Assembly (NCBI GenBank): GCA_976551045.1
Contig: CDPCPM010000011.1
Span: 2,728,001-2,792,000 of the forward strand
Direction of reading: 5' to 3'
From: Glaucostegus cemiculus
Lineage: Eukaryota
Length of the DNA stretch: 64,000 nt
Positions 40,563 to 51,479 of the stretch are shown in pieces. Made by a program: the position numbers and the translations under genes. The notes under the pieces are model-generated. The model did not search any database. It saw only the letters and a program-made list of their open reading frames with translations, and was not told the origin of the DNA. Each line of letters starts with the position of its first letter. The stretch's first letter is position 1.

Positions 40563-41244
40563 CTAAGGGAAATAAGGTGAAATTGCGCATCAGTGTTATA
40601 CAAAATACAAATGAAACATTGAAAGAGTGTGGTCCAACATAGTGCGAGAAGCAGTGATAGGGGCCAAATTAACAATTGTCAGTGATCCCTAATCATAGAA
40701 AGCACAAACTTACAATCATAATGAATCCTGCATGGTGGAAAAGAATGGAGACATTAGAGGACAGGATATTCAGGCTGCTGTTAGTGGGAGGCCGAAGTCT
40801 GCAAGTGTTGAAGAACCTCAACACTGGTTATTCTATTTTAAGTGGGTCATGAAAAAAATTGGACTTCTTGAAAATTGTTTTGTTGCAACGGTTGTTCCAG
40901 AGTCTCAGCATTAGCCTGGCTGGAGCTTTGAACAAAATAAATACTGGCAAAATGATTAAGTTACAAGTGAACTTCACAGTCATTTATCCTTCTGCAGTGA
41001 TACCTTTTTCTTGCCCACCCCCCCCCCCCAACACAAAGACAGATCAGAAGAATTGATATCTTACAGCAGAGTGATTTAACCAGCAGAATATTTCTGTATC
41101 GGTTATTCACTTAGACCATAGATTTAACAAAAATGAGGGGTGAAAATGCATCTTTGTGGACTGTAAACTTTATGGTTACTAGGTCCACAAGTTGAGGTTT
41201 GAGTTCAATTACTGCAGCTGAGACAGCCCAGTGATGACCACCAT

Positions 41245-42012
41245 AGTGCACATAAGAACACAAGAAGAGCAGAGCAAGTGTAGGCCACTCTGCCCCTTAA
41301 TCCTGTCCTGTCATTCAGGTTATGATGATGACTGATCTGCCCCAGGTCCCATCTCCTCTTCCGTGTCAGTTCCCATAGCCTGCAATCCCATGATCTTTCA
41401 ACAATGTATCTACTTCCTCCGAGGATTAGCTTCCATACTCCTCCGAAGTAGAGAATTCTCAAGATTCACCACCAGCTGTGAGGAGTTCCTCTGCATCTCA
41501 TTTTTAATTGGCTGCCCATAATCTTGTAACTACACCTCGTTTGAGATTCTCCCACTAGTGGAAGGTATCACAACCTCTATCCTATACATGTTTCTCTTAT
41601 GTGTTTCAATAAGAATATCAATTTCTCTATCCAGTCATGATAAGAATTAGCTTTGTTAATTTATTTTGGACTGTCTCCATTGAAAGTAAATCCTTTTATC
41701 AATAAGGGGTCCAAAACTGTGCATGGTATTTCAGATGTGGCCTCACCATTACCCAGAACAATTGTAATAATACTTGCCTCTTTCTAAACCCTAACCCTCT
41801 TGCCATAAAAAAAAATGCCACTTGCCTTCCTAACCACTCAGTGCACCCACTGGCTGACGCTTTAACCAAATGTGCACAAGAACATCTAGAAAATGTGCAC
41901 AAGAACATCTAGAAAATGGCACCATTGCGGAAGATCAGCCATGACCTCGATGAATGGTGGAGCAGGCTCGAGGCGTCATAGGGTCTATTCCTGCACCTAT
42001 TTCTATTGTTCT
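41245..42012 (-). mobile_element. CR1 LINE 3' fragment (-), with a short plus-strand CR1 tail at ~41925-42012
   Basis: acataagaacacaagaa...gtaggccactctgccc tail; the minus-strand ORF contains VRPHLKYHAQFWTPY. Confidence 0.8.
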
Positions 42013-42071
42013 TAAAAATATAATTTTGCATTCATTTTCCAACAAATGTGCAGGTGCTAATAAAAACTTAC

Positions 42072-42182
42072 ATTTAATGTAAAGCATTTCTTTAAGGCCT
42101 GAAACTCTTTGGCACACATGTTCTTTCTGAGATCCTGACTCCCTTGAGCGTTTGCAGCCACACATCTCCCATATGCTGATGC
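42072..42182 (-). CDS. NDUFAF8: NDUFAF8 exon 2
   Basis: Acceptor ttttttgatttaaag|; donor AAT|gtaagt. Encodes ASAYGRCVAANAQGSQDLRKNMCAKEFQALKKCFTLN, completing the twin CX9C motifs (C-AEEASAYGR-C and C-AKEFQALKK-C). Confidence 0.95.
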
Positions 42183-43434
42183 CTTTAAATCAAAAAAAAG
42201 GGAGATGGAATGAACAGATATACAGTAGAAATGGAGAAATCACTGTGGAAGGAGAGACGTTATTAATGTGACTGCACAAATGTTAAAAATCAAATGTGAA
42301 CATGCGTAGGATAGGTCAGTCAACAACTATAATGAGCAGGCAAATGTTTTAGATGTAGAACTGCAGAATGGAAAAATAGCAATATAGTAGTGTGGAAGAA
42401 AGAAAACAGGAGGCAACAGCAGATAAAGTAATCACTGAGGCTTATCTAAATGAGATGCTGTATTGTTCTATGGTTCTAAAATTGTGGGACGAACTTCAAA
42501 AATTGTGGCTGAGTTATGGACAAAGCAGGTAAAATTGTGGAGAAGTAATTAACTGCAGTAATTTGCAAAAGTCAGTTGGCGTAGATGTATCTGGGGGAGG
42601 GGAGGGAAAGCTTAAGTTACATCAACAATTATGCAGTCTTTTAAAACACTTAACTCATGCTATTAAATCATATCCACAGAGTGTTTTATCTCAAGAATTA
42701 ACATTTTTTCCCCCAATACACATTCCTTGGTTCATTATACTGCACTCCAGGGACAAGACTGGTTTAGTTCACAAGTGGTGTTGAAAAACTAGCTAGTTTT
42801 GGAGCCTGGGACTGGGTGGGCAGGTGGCAAGTCTCAGGGGCAGCTGAGATGGAAGCCAGAAATCCAGAAAGTGAGAGCAGGTTTGAAAATCCAGAACATT
42901 GTAGTATAGGCCTAATATTGATTGGTAATCACAGAAGGAATTAATGGGTTGAATAACTTCAGAGTGAAATAAAAGATCATAGCAAAGCAATAAAAGATAC
43001 CACTTAAGAAACTATGTGTCACTAAGAGGGCAAAATACAGTGGAAGAAATAAACCACATAGGAAATGATTAAAATTAAACTAAGGGTTCTGAAAAGAGAA
43101 CAGAAAATGTTGAAAATACAAAAATTATCACCCATCCTGACCAGAGAAATACTGTTTAATACATCATTGCTTAAGCTATTTTGACACTGAGTAACATGTA
43201 GCTCCTTTTATTTATTGGAAGTTTAATTATTTTAGTGTCTCATTAACTTGCTGTTCTGTAATTAAATCTAGAGAGTCCTCCATGCATTCATTTTAGGCTG
43301 CTTCCACTGCCTCATTGTTATTATCAGTGACCCAGCCTCATTGCCTTGAGGTTCAGCAGTGATCAGACTGAGCTCTCTCACTCTCAACCCTGCCACCATC
43401 TCTATGCTGTCAGGCTGTCTTTTTAATGTTAACT

Positions 43435-44270
43435 CGTGAATCACAGAGCACAGAAACAGGCCTTTCACCCAGTGTCCATGCTGACCATCAACTACCCACC
43501 AACACTAATCCCATTTACAGCACATACAGTCCCTAACTTCCTATGCCTTGGTAATTCAACGGTTCATCTAGATACTTCTTAAATGTTGTGAAAGTACCAG
43601 CATCCACTTTCCACTGAGGCAGTACGTTCCTGATTCTAACACTGACTGGGTAACAAGGTTCTTCCTCAGATTCCTGTTAACCTGTCCCTCCTCACCCTAA
43701 AACTATGTTCTCAATTTCTGCATGCATTAATCAGATCACCACCACACACCCCACCCTCTACTGCAAGAAAAAACAAACTCAGCCTATCCAATCTCACCTC
43801 ACAAGTGAAACATTTTATCCCAGGCAACATCCTGGTGAATCTCCTCTGCACCTTCTACAGTCCAATCACATCCTTCCTACAGTGTGGTTATCAGAACTGC
43901 ATGCAGTATTCCAGCTGTGCCTTAACCAATGTTTTGTAAAACTGTACTATAAACTTCCTGATCTTCTAGTATCCTAATAAAAGCTAGTATCCCATATACC
44001 TTCTTCACTTATCTGCTGTGCTGCTGCCTTCAGGTGATCCTTGGACACATTACTCCCAAAGGGCCCCATCATTAATCTTACTCATCCTTCCAAAATGCAT
44101 CACTTTGCACTTATCAGGATTAAGTTCCACCTGCCTTTATTTTATCCATTTTACCAGATTAGCCTGCTGTCAACTCCACCACTAATTTGTGTGTCTTTTG
44201 CAAATTTACTGATCTTACTTCCAACATTCCTATCTGAATGAGTTGTATTTTTCTCCAACTGACATTTGCA
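43435..44270 (-). mobile_element. CR1/HER1 LINE 3' fragment
   Basis: cacagaaacaggcctttcaccc...ccaggcaacatcctggtgaatctcctctgcacc...gtgtcttttgcaaattt. Confidence 0.8.
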
Positions 44271-44289
44271 AAAGACCAGGAGCTATCAA

Positions 44290-44765
44290 TTTCATTGTTT
44301 CCCCCCTCATTTATGAGAACTGGCAGTGCTAGCAAGACCAACATTGACTGTCCATCCCCAGGTGACCTTGAGAAGGGAAATGTATTTTCAGGTTAGGTGC
44401 ACGACATGCAGGAGAACCTGCAGACGGCAGTATTCCCATGAGCTGCAGCCCTTGATCTGACATACAGCAGAGGTTACAGGTTTGAGAGGCGCCGTCACAG
44501 TAGCCTCCGTGAGTAACTCCAGTCCAGTTTGTAGACAGTAAGCACGGTATGTACCCCTCCATCCTCATTCGGAAAGGTATCGCTGTTCCTTTATTGCTGC
44601 TGGGATCTAAATCCTAGAACCACCCCCCCTCAACAGCACTGTGGGAGGACCTTCACCAGGAGGACTGCAGCAGTTCAAAGGGGCAGCTCACCACCACACA
44701 CTGAAGGACAATCGGAGAGGGGGCAATAAAATGCCGGCCTTGCCAGATCCAGATAAATGAATAAC
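44290..44765. mobile_element. Two CR1-type LINE 3' ends back to back (minus ~44290-44570, plus ~44575-44765)
   Basis: gctagcaagaccaacattgactgtccatcccc...cccttgagaagg is the reverse complement of the tail ...ccaccacacactgaaggacaatcggagagggggcaataaaatgccggccttgccag. Confidence 0.65.
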
Positions 44766-45026
44766 TGATAAAACCCCTGATGCAGGGTTTCCACACGAAA
44801 CATGGACGATTCCTTCCCTCGCACAGACGCTGCCCGGCCCGCTGAGTTCCTCCAGCTGACTCAGCCATACTCCCACCCCGCCCTCACCCTGCGGCCTCAG
44901 TGGTTACTGCTGCCCGCCTGTGGGCCAGGGGCACTGAGGAGGGGAGCTGGCCGCATCCGACACTGGGCCCAGCAGCTGCGGGGGAAACAATTTGGTTGCA
45001 GCTGAATAAATACAACATTCACCCAC

Positions 45027-45107
45027 TTCCTCGGCGCACGCCGCCACGAACTGCGGGAACCTCCTGAGCCTTTCCCTGGTGCGGATCCACACCTCATTGC
45101 CCGCCAT
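45027..45107 (-). CDS. NDUFAF8: NDUFAF8 exon 1 (complex I assembly factor 8)
   Basis: ATG at 45107 in a good Kozak context (acgATGG). Encodes MAGNEVWIRTRERLRRFPQFVAACAEE (human MSANGAVWGRVRSRLRAFPERLAACGAE). Donor GAA|gtgggt, phase 0. Confidence 0.93.
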
Positions 45108-45341
45108 CGTCCCGAACTGAAGCGAGGGACGTCGCCCCGCCAACCGGCCGTCACCGATGGGCGGCCATGCCGCTGCCACCGGCCGTCGCGGCGAAATGAC
45201 GACCTGCCTCCCTCCCACGAAGCCCGCCCTCCGCCGGCCGCTGATTGGTGGATGGCGCCACGGCATGTGGGGGCTCTGCGGGCAGCCGATTGGACCAGCG
45301 GCATGTCAGTCGGAGGTCGAGGTGCGGCCGTGGCGGAGGTG

Positions 45342-45380
45342 ATGGCAACGGTCGGCGAGAAGCTGGCGTTTCTGCAGCGA
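45342..45380 (+). CDS. TEPSIN: TEPSIN (ENTHD2; AP-4 accessory subunit) exon 1
   Basis: gtgATGG start; encodes MATVGEKLAFLQR (human ...LRDRLSFLHR); donor CGA|gtgagt. Confidence 0.88.
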
Positions 45381-45673
45381 GTGAGTGGTGTTGGGCGGCG
45401 GCGTGTGCTGGGGGCCTGGTCGTAGCGTGGGGTCCGGGTCCGACTGCCGGTGACGGAGGGCTGGAAGCTGCCGGCCGCCGCTCCGACTGGGAGGAGCGAG
45501 GGTGCAGCCTCTGGGTGGCCGGGGGAAGCGCCTTGGCTGCCACACACCCTTCTCAATGGTTCAAGCACTGCAGCCCATTCAGGCATAGCAAGATCCCACG
45601 GTCATGGCCTGTCAATGTGTTCTGTCACTTGCACATCTTATCCGTGGATTCCAACATCACTGAACACCCAGCA

Positions 45674-46510
45674 TAGGAGGCACAATACGGGAGACACAGT
45701 GTAGGAGGCACAATACGGGAGACACAGTGTAGGAGGCACAATACGGGAGACACAGTGTAGGAGGCACAATACGGGAGACACAGTGTAGGAGGCACAATAC
45801 GGGAGACACAGTGTAGGAGGCACAATACGGGAGACACAGTGTAGGAGGCACAATACGGGAGACACAGTGTAGGAGGCACAATACGGGCGACACAGTGTAG
45901 GAGGCACAATACGGGCGACACAGTGTAGGAGGCACAATACGGGAGACACAGTGTAGGAGGCACAATACGGGAGACACAGTGTAGGAGGCACAATACGGGA
46001 GACACAGTGTAGGAGGCACAATACGGGCGACACAGTGTAGGAGGCACAATACGGGCGACACAGTGTAGGAGGCACAATACGGGCGACACAGTGTAGGAGG
46101 CACAATACGGGCGACACAGTGTAGGAGGCACAATACGGGCGACACAGTGTAGGAGGCACAATACGGGCGACACAGTGTAGGAGGCACAATACGGGCGACA
46201 CAGTGTAGGAGGCACAATACGGGCGACACAGTGTAGGAGGCACAATACGGGCGACACAGTGTAGGAGGCACAATACGGGCGACACAGTGTAGGAGGCACA
46301 ATACGGGCGACACAGTGTAGGAGGCACAATACGGGCGACACAGTGTAGGAGGCACAATACGGGCGACACAGTGTAGGAGGCACAATACGGGCGACACAGT
46401 GTAGGAGGCACAATACGGGCGACACAGTGTAGGAGGCACAATACGGGCGACACAGTGTAGGAGGCACAATACGATAGACACAGTATAGGAGGCACAATAC
46501 GGGAGACACA
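45674..46510. repeat. Minisatellite/VNTR, 28-bp unit TAGGAGGCACAATACGGG(A/C)GACACAGTG, ~30 copies
   Basis: Directly visible head-to-tail array with no spacers. Variant order: A x7, C x2, A x3, C x16, one divergent unit, then a partial A unit. Confidence 0.99.
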
Positions 46511-46809
46511 AGAGACAAGGAGTGCAGATGCTGGAATATGGAACAACAAACCATCTGCTGGAGGAACTCAGCAGGCCAGGCAGTATCTGAGAGGAGAGAA
46601 GTTCTCCACATTCCAGCATCTGAGGTCTCTTGCGTCTCCATTGTGCTGCTCCACTGCGAAGTCTCTTCAAGGTATGCCAACGCTGAAGTTTCCCTTCAGC
46701 CCTAACGCAGGGTTTTGATGTGAAACGTTGACCGTTCCTTTCCTCCCACAGATGCTGCTCGACAAGCTGAGTTCCTCCAGCAGATTGTTTGTAACACCCA
46801 ACATAGTTT

Positions 46810-47140
46810 TATTGACCAGAGTTCTGAGCCATTGATTCTGAGATAATGAATTTGAAAGCTACCATGGCAGTTGAGGAATTTAAATTAAGTATTTCAATAA
46901 TTCTAGTGTTCAAATAAAGGCTAGATTCAGTAGCAACAATCACAAAGTTACTCGATTGTTGTAAAACCCCGTTTGGCAGACTAATGTTCTGTGGGGAAGG
47001 TAATTTGTTGTCCTTCTCTGATTTAGGTTATATGTGACTCCAGAGCCATGTATGAACATTAATTCCCTCTTTGCAATTATGGGTAGACAATAAGTGCCTC
47101 AGTTACCAGTGTTGTCCACATCCTGTGAATGAATAAAGTA
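46810..47140 (+). mobile_element. Meta-domain (MER131-like) tRNA SINE; further copies at ~37230-37580 (-), 48240-48465 (+), 52170-52460 (-)
   Basis: gtaaaacccc...actaatgttctgtggggaaggtaatttg...tatgtgactccag central domain, plus a CR1-type tail ending gaatgaataaa. Confidence 0.6.
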
Positions 47141-49776
47141 ATGGTGGGGGAGTGTGGTTAGAGCAAAATTATGACCACTAGTAATTATTTCAAAATATTG
47201 TAACACTAAGGATAGGTGTGAGTGTCTTTCCTGAAGTTGGCAGATTTAAATTCCCCTGCCCAACTGTTTCAAATCATCCAATGAGATCTTTTGTGTCCAC
47301 CTGAGAAGGCAGAACATTTAATGTCTATTCTGAAAGATGGAATGTGCCCATTCCATCATTCCCACAATGCTCCACTAGACTATCAGCTGACAGCGTTGAG
47401 CTCCTACCTCTGTAGTGGGACAAACCCACAACCTCTTTATCTCTCTCTTGTAACTCGATGACCCAGCAAGGTATCAGGGCTAACCCTAACTCTATCTCCA
47501 TGTTCTTTTCCCAATTTTAGTTGCTGTTCCATTGGCATCTATGGATTCAGCTGCCCTCAGCTTTGCAACTTATTTCCTACACCTCTGCTTTCTGTCTTTA
47601 TGAAGAAACTTTAATAATGTTTACTTGGTCATCTTATTTGAGGTTCATCGCTGTGAATCAAGTTGGAATGTTTTACTGCATTAATGTGCTATATGAATAC
47701 AAGTTGTTATTATTACACAGGTGGATGTAAATTATCCTATGGCACAACTTATGTGCATAATAATTACAATTCAAAAGTAATTCATTGGTTGTAAAAGACT
47801 TGAGACATTTTCTCTACTCAGACATTAGAATAGTAAATCAACAACATTTTATTAAGTTCACTTGCAACCTTAATGTCACTGAATGTTGTCCTCGTTAATA
47901 GAGATTCATTTAACTCTGCAGCACCTCCTAAAGCCTTTGCACTTTAAAGATGGATTAAATTAAGCATATGATAGCCCATGAATCATTGTTTAATAATGAA
48001 TTGCACTTTGTTTCCTGTATACATTTGCTCAGAGATGCAGTCCCTAGTACTAAAACTTTAAATGTTTTAGGTTATGACTGCAGCATAAAAATGACTTTGC
48101 AGCAAATTCTTAAACTTATAGTCCACTTTCAGCACATATTTTCATCCTGGATACAGACAATAATTAACAAAGAAAATACATATTATTACTTTTCACAATA
48201 TTGGGGTCTGAGAAATACTCTTAAAAGGTAAGATGGGGAAATCTGGAAACAAAAATAATGTAGCAGTAAACAGTAACTGTGAAGCTCTGGGTTGCTGGTT
48301 CACAAATATCCTGTAGAAGGGAAACCTGCTGTCCTTGCCATTCAGATTTATCTGTGACTCCAGTCTCATGGTTGATTTTTATCTTACCTGGGAATGGCCC
48401 ATCAAAGTACTCATTTGTATCAAGGAATGAATGACTGACATCACATCCGGGAATGAGTAAAAAAATTATGCCTGCTAATTTGACTACAAGAAAGTTTCCC
48501 AAAAGCAATAAAATAAATGACCTGATGATCTATTTGTGCTGTTTGACAGACTTTTGGTCAGGTTACTCATTAAGCTCCTTTGGTTTTCTTCAATTAATGC
48601 TATCAGATCATTATACAACCACCTAAGAAAACAGAGAGCCTTAGGTTCAGTCTCATCTGAAAGTTCAATCTTTGGCAACATGCATCTTCTCAGCACTATT
48701 CTGAAATGTCACCCTTTGTGCAAAGGTACAGGCTTGACCCCTTGATTTCTGACACAGTGGAAAGAGAACTATCACCAATCCTTGGCCTACATTCAACTTT
48801 TACTGTATTAAGAGCAGAGCTGATAAACCGCCTGTACAAATTCTCGAACATATCTATGGATCTGGAGTTTAATTTTCCACTTTTGTATCACTGCTAAAGC
48901 AGAAGCATAACTACTCTTAAAGAAGAACACTGTTGTTGATTTAACTGTCCCCATTTGGCTGTAAGCCAATACCCTTTTTGTTTTAACTTGAGCACAATGG
49001 AGAGGAGTAATTTCTAAATGATTTGAATGGCCCATCAAACCTTGTTCATTTACACAATGAGCAAACTAGAAGGCACAATCAAATTGCTTTATTTTAAAAA
49101 TTCCTTTTGACCTAAAGTACTTTGGCATTTTTCCATTAAAATTTGAGATGGAATCATACAAGAGATAAAGTACACAGATAAACACTGAATTTAGCAAATT
49201 ATACTAATTCACTCTGTGAAGGTAACAATGTAATCTTTTAATAGATAAGTTTCATCTATATTATCGGAATAAATTTAGCAATGTACTTGAAACTCGCTCA
49301 TATTGGTGACTTTAATTATAATGTAAGGCCCATTATCATCTTAGGTTTTGTTCTTCCCTCTGAAATCCAGCAGTTTTCACCAAACAACAAAATTGTACTT
49401 CTTAAGTCCCAGATTTTCTTGTTTGTCCAGTTGCTGGAAATTCTAAATTTTTCCCATGCTACTTTCCTCCTATTGCTTAGACTTTTGGTACCTCCAAAGC
49501 CTCTCTCATTGGTTTCTTACTGTCCACAGCTCAAATCACACTTCTAGTTGTGATATAAGATGTGGACACAATCGTAGGCAGTTTGTATGATTTGCAAAAT
49601 GTATTATAACCTGCTTGATTTTGATCATTTGTAGATCATTAGGGTTTCAGCCTTGCAGAGCTACTATAAATGCCACATCTCAACAACAGACATTGTCTGC
49701 GACCCTGTTTTTGTGCAAAAGCTGGTTGCTGTATTTAAGCTCCTTTCACCCCCTTATTTTCATTGTTCCTTTCCAG

Positions 49777-49849
49777 CTTCCAGTGCTAATGAAAGCAACA
49801 TCGGATGATGAAATACCCTGTCCTGGGTATCTATTTGAGGAGATTGTCA
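49777..49849 (+). CDS. TEPSIN: TEPSIN exon 2 (ENTH domain)
   Basis: Acceptor tttccag|. Encodes LPVLMKATSDDEIPCPGYLFEEIV (human LPILLKGTSDDDVPCPGYLFEEIA). Followed by a U12-type donor GTATCCTT. Confidence 0.95.
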
Positions 49850-51387
49850 GTATCCTTGACATGATTCATATAGGATTTGTGTAATCCTAATATTATTAAT
49901 TATGAGCATCTGAATGGTTAACTGATGTAAGTTTTACATTGCATTTATGAAATAAAGATTTGGAGTTATCATTATGATGATTATTAAAGCCTGCAGCTTA
50001 TAATTAGGAAGGAACTATGTAAAAGTATGTGACTAAGAATGAATAATCATTAAAAAACATAAGCCTATAAAATACTGCAGTACAATTTGGAAGTTATTCA
50101 TTTTGCATAATAATGTATACACATGTAAGTAAAGCAATGATGTACACTAGTGAATCCTCAATTTAATTATACAGTAATTGTTATAAGCACCAGCATTTCT
50201 GGAACACATTTTACACACGTATCATTTAAAACTGGAGTTTAACATGTTTACTAATTGTGAAACTAATTAGGTTTATGTGGTAATGAAATTTCTTTTATTA
50301 TACATTAACATTGTGAATGACACTAGTTTTAATAAGCGGAGTGTTTTCATGATGATCTGGAAACTAAACCAAAGACAGAAATGTCAGTTGATAGTGAATA
50401 GGAGCTGTAGTGGCAAGATACAGGAAATGCATTATGATGTTTGTGAACAGAGTGAAAATGTTCTGACATATCTTTTTTCTCCCCTCTTTATTTTCATGTT
50501 AATCTTTACTGACAAAATTTGTAACCTTGCATTAGTTTTTATTTTAATATGTTTATATTTTGTTCTATACCTGCATAAATCCCAGATTGTCTCTGCATTG
50601 GCAGATTGCTTGTTGCACATCAGGTTTTCAATGAGTTTCAGTTTCCTGTAGAGAAGATGGTACTTTCTGACCTTAATTCAAATTCTGTCCTGTTGAAACT
50701 AATTTTATTTTATTCCTTAACTTTGGGCTGTGTGAAACCATTGACATTATTTGTGTCGACCCTGAGCTGTGCTGCACAGCCTATCTTCTCCATTGCCACC
50801 ATCACTTATTTCAACAACCAATCTCATTTTATTCCCCCTCCCCGCATTTCAACCCTTCTGCCAATGAAACCCAGAATAACAATTAAAATTATTACCTGTT
50901 TTAGTTGTGTCGAAGCCAATTTACATTAATGATCTCTACATTAAATTTTAAAATCTTTATTTTGTTTTCCATCAGTTTATTATACCAGACCTCTTGGGTG
51001 TTATTTTTCAGCCTTTTAAAGCACGTGTGCTTCCTTCATTTCTTGCTCTATTATTGCGGCAGAACTTTTGGTTGCCATTGTCTAGCTCACTGGAACTTGC
51101 TTCCTAAACCCTTTATTCCATTATTGCTACTTTTCACATCTCACCCTACACATCCTTTTTTATCAACTTTCTTAAATTTTCCTTTCTGATTTGGTGTTTC
51201 TGTGACTTTTTCATTGTAAAATGCCCTGAAATGTACTGTGCATTGAAAGTATGAAGCACTGATTGGTGCTGTTTATCTAATTTTGTTATCTAGCATATTC
51301 CTCTTGTCTGTGTATGAGAGAAATAACCACACTTATGTGAAAAATGCAAGTTTACTGTTTTTTTTCCATAACTGAATGGAACTGCAG
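49850..51387 (+). other. U12-type (minor spliceosome) GT-AG intron of TEPSIN
   Basis: 5' end GTATCCTTGA matches the U12 consensus RTATCCTT. A branch-site-like TTCCATAAC lies at 51364-51372, ~15 nt before the AG, with no polypyrimidine tract in between. Confidence 0.85.
50650..51255 (+). mobile_element. Highly decayed L2-type LINE 3' region
   Basis: attttaaaatctttattttgttttc and a ttgtaaaatgccctg...gcattgaaag tail resemble L2 3' ends; weak evidence. Confidence 0.4.
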
Positions 51388-51479
51388 AGGTTTCCCATGA
51401 GTCTTTGGGGACTTGTCAGTGCCTACTCGAGTACCTGCTGGAGCGACTGCAGAGCAATTCCTGTAATGTCAAACTGAAG
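51388..51479 (+). CDS. TEPSIN: TEPSIN exon 3
   Basis: Encodes (K)VSHESLGTCQCLLEYLLERLQSNSCNVKLK (human KISHESPGSSQCLLEYLLSRLHSSSGHGKLK). Phases are consistent with the flanking exons; donor AAG|gttggt. Confidence 0.95.

Larger units (their letters stand above)
44820..45545. promoter_or_regulatory. CpG island / bidirectional promoter shared by NDUFAF8 and TEPSIN
   Basis: The only non-repetitive GC- and CpG-rich stretch in an AT-rich window. The two ATGs (45107 - and 45342 +) are 234 bp apart. Contains inverted CCAAT boxes (ATTGG at 45244 and 45289), GC-box-like CCCCGCC/CCCGCCC (~45135, ~45223) and YY1-like GGCGGCCAT (~45160). Confidence 0.9.

Noticed and set aside
44802-45704. Overlapping 60-229 aa ORFs on both strands
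   Set aside because: Expected from stop-codon scarcity in a GC-rich CpG island. Only the NDUFAF8 and TEPSIN first exons have homology and splice support.
45674-46510. CRISPR array (28-bp repeats)
   Set aside because: Units are contiguous with no unique spacers, there are no cas genes, and the context is a vertebrate intron. It is a minisatellite.
45625-46680. Three long minus-strand ORFs (351, 337 and 303 aa)
   Set aside because: They arise because the 28-bp unit has no stop codon on the minus strand; the same periodic peptide appears in all three frames.
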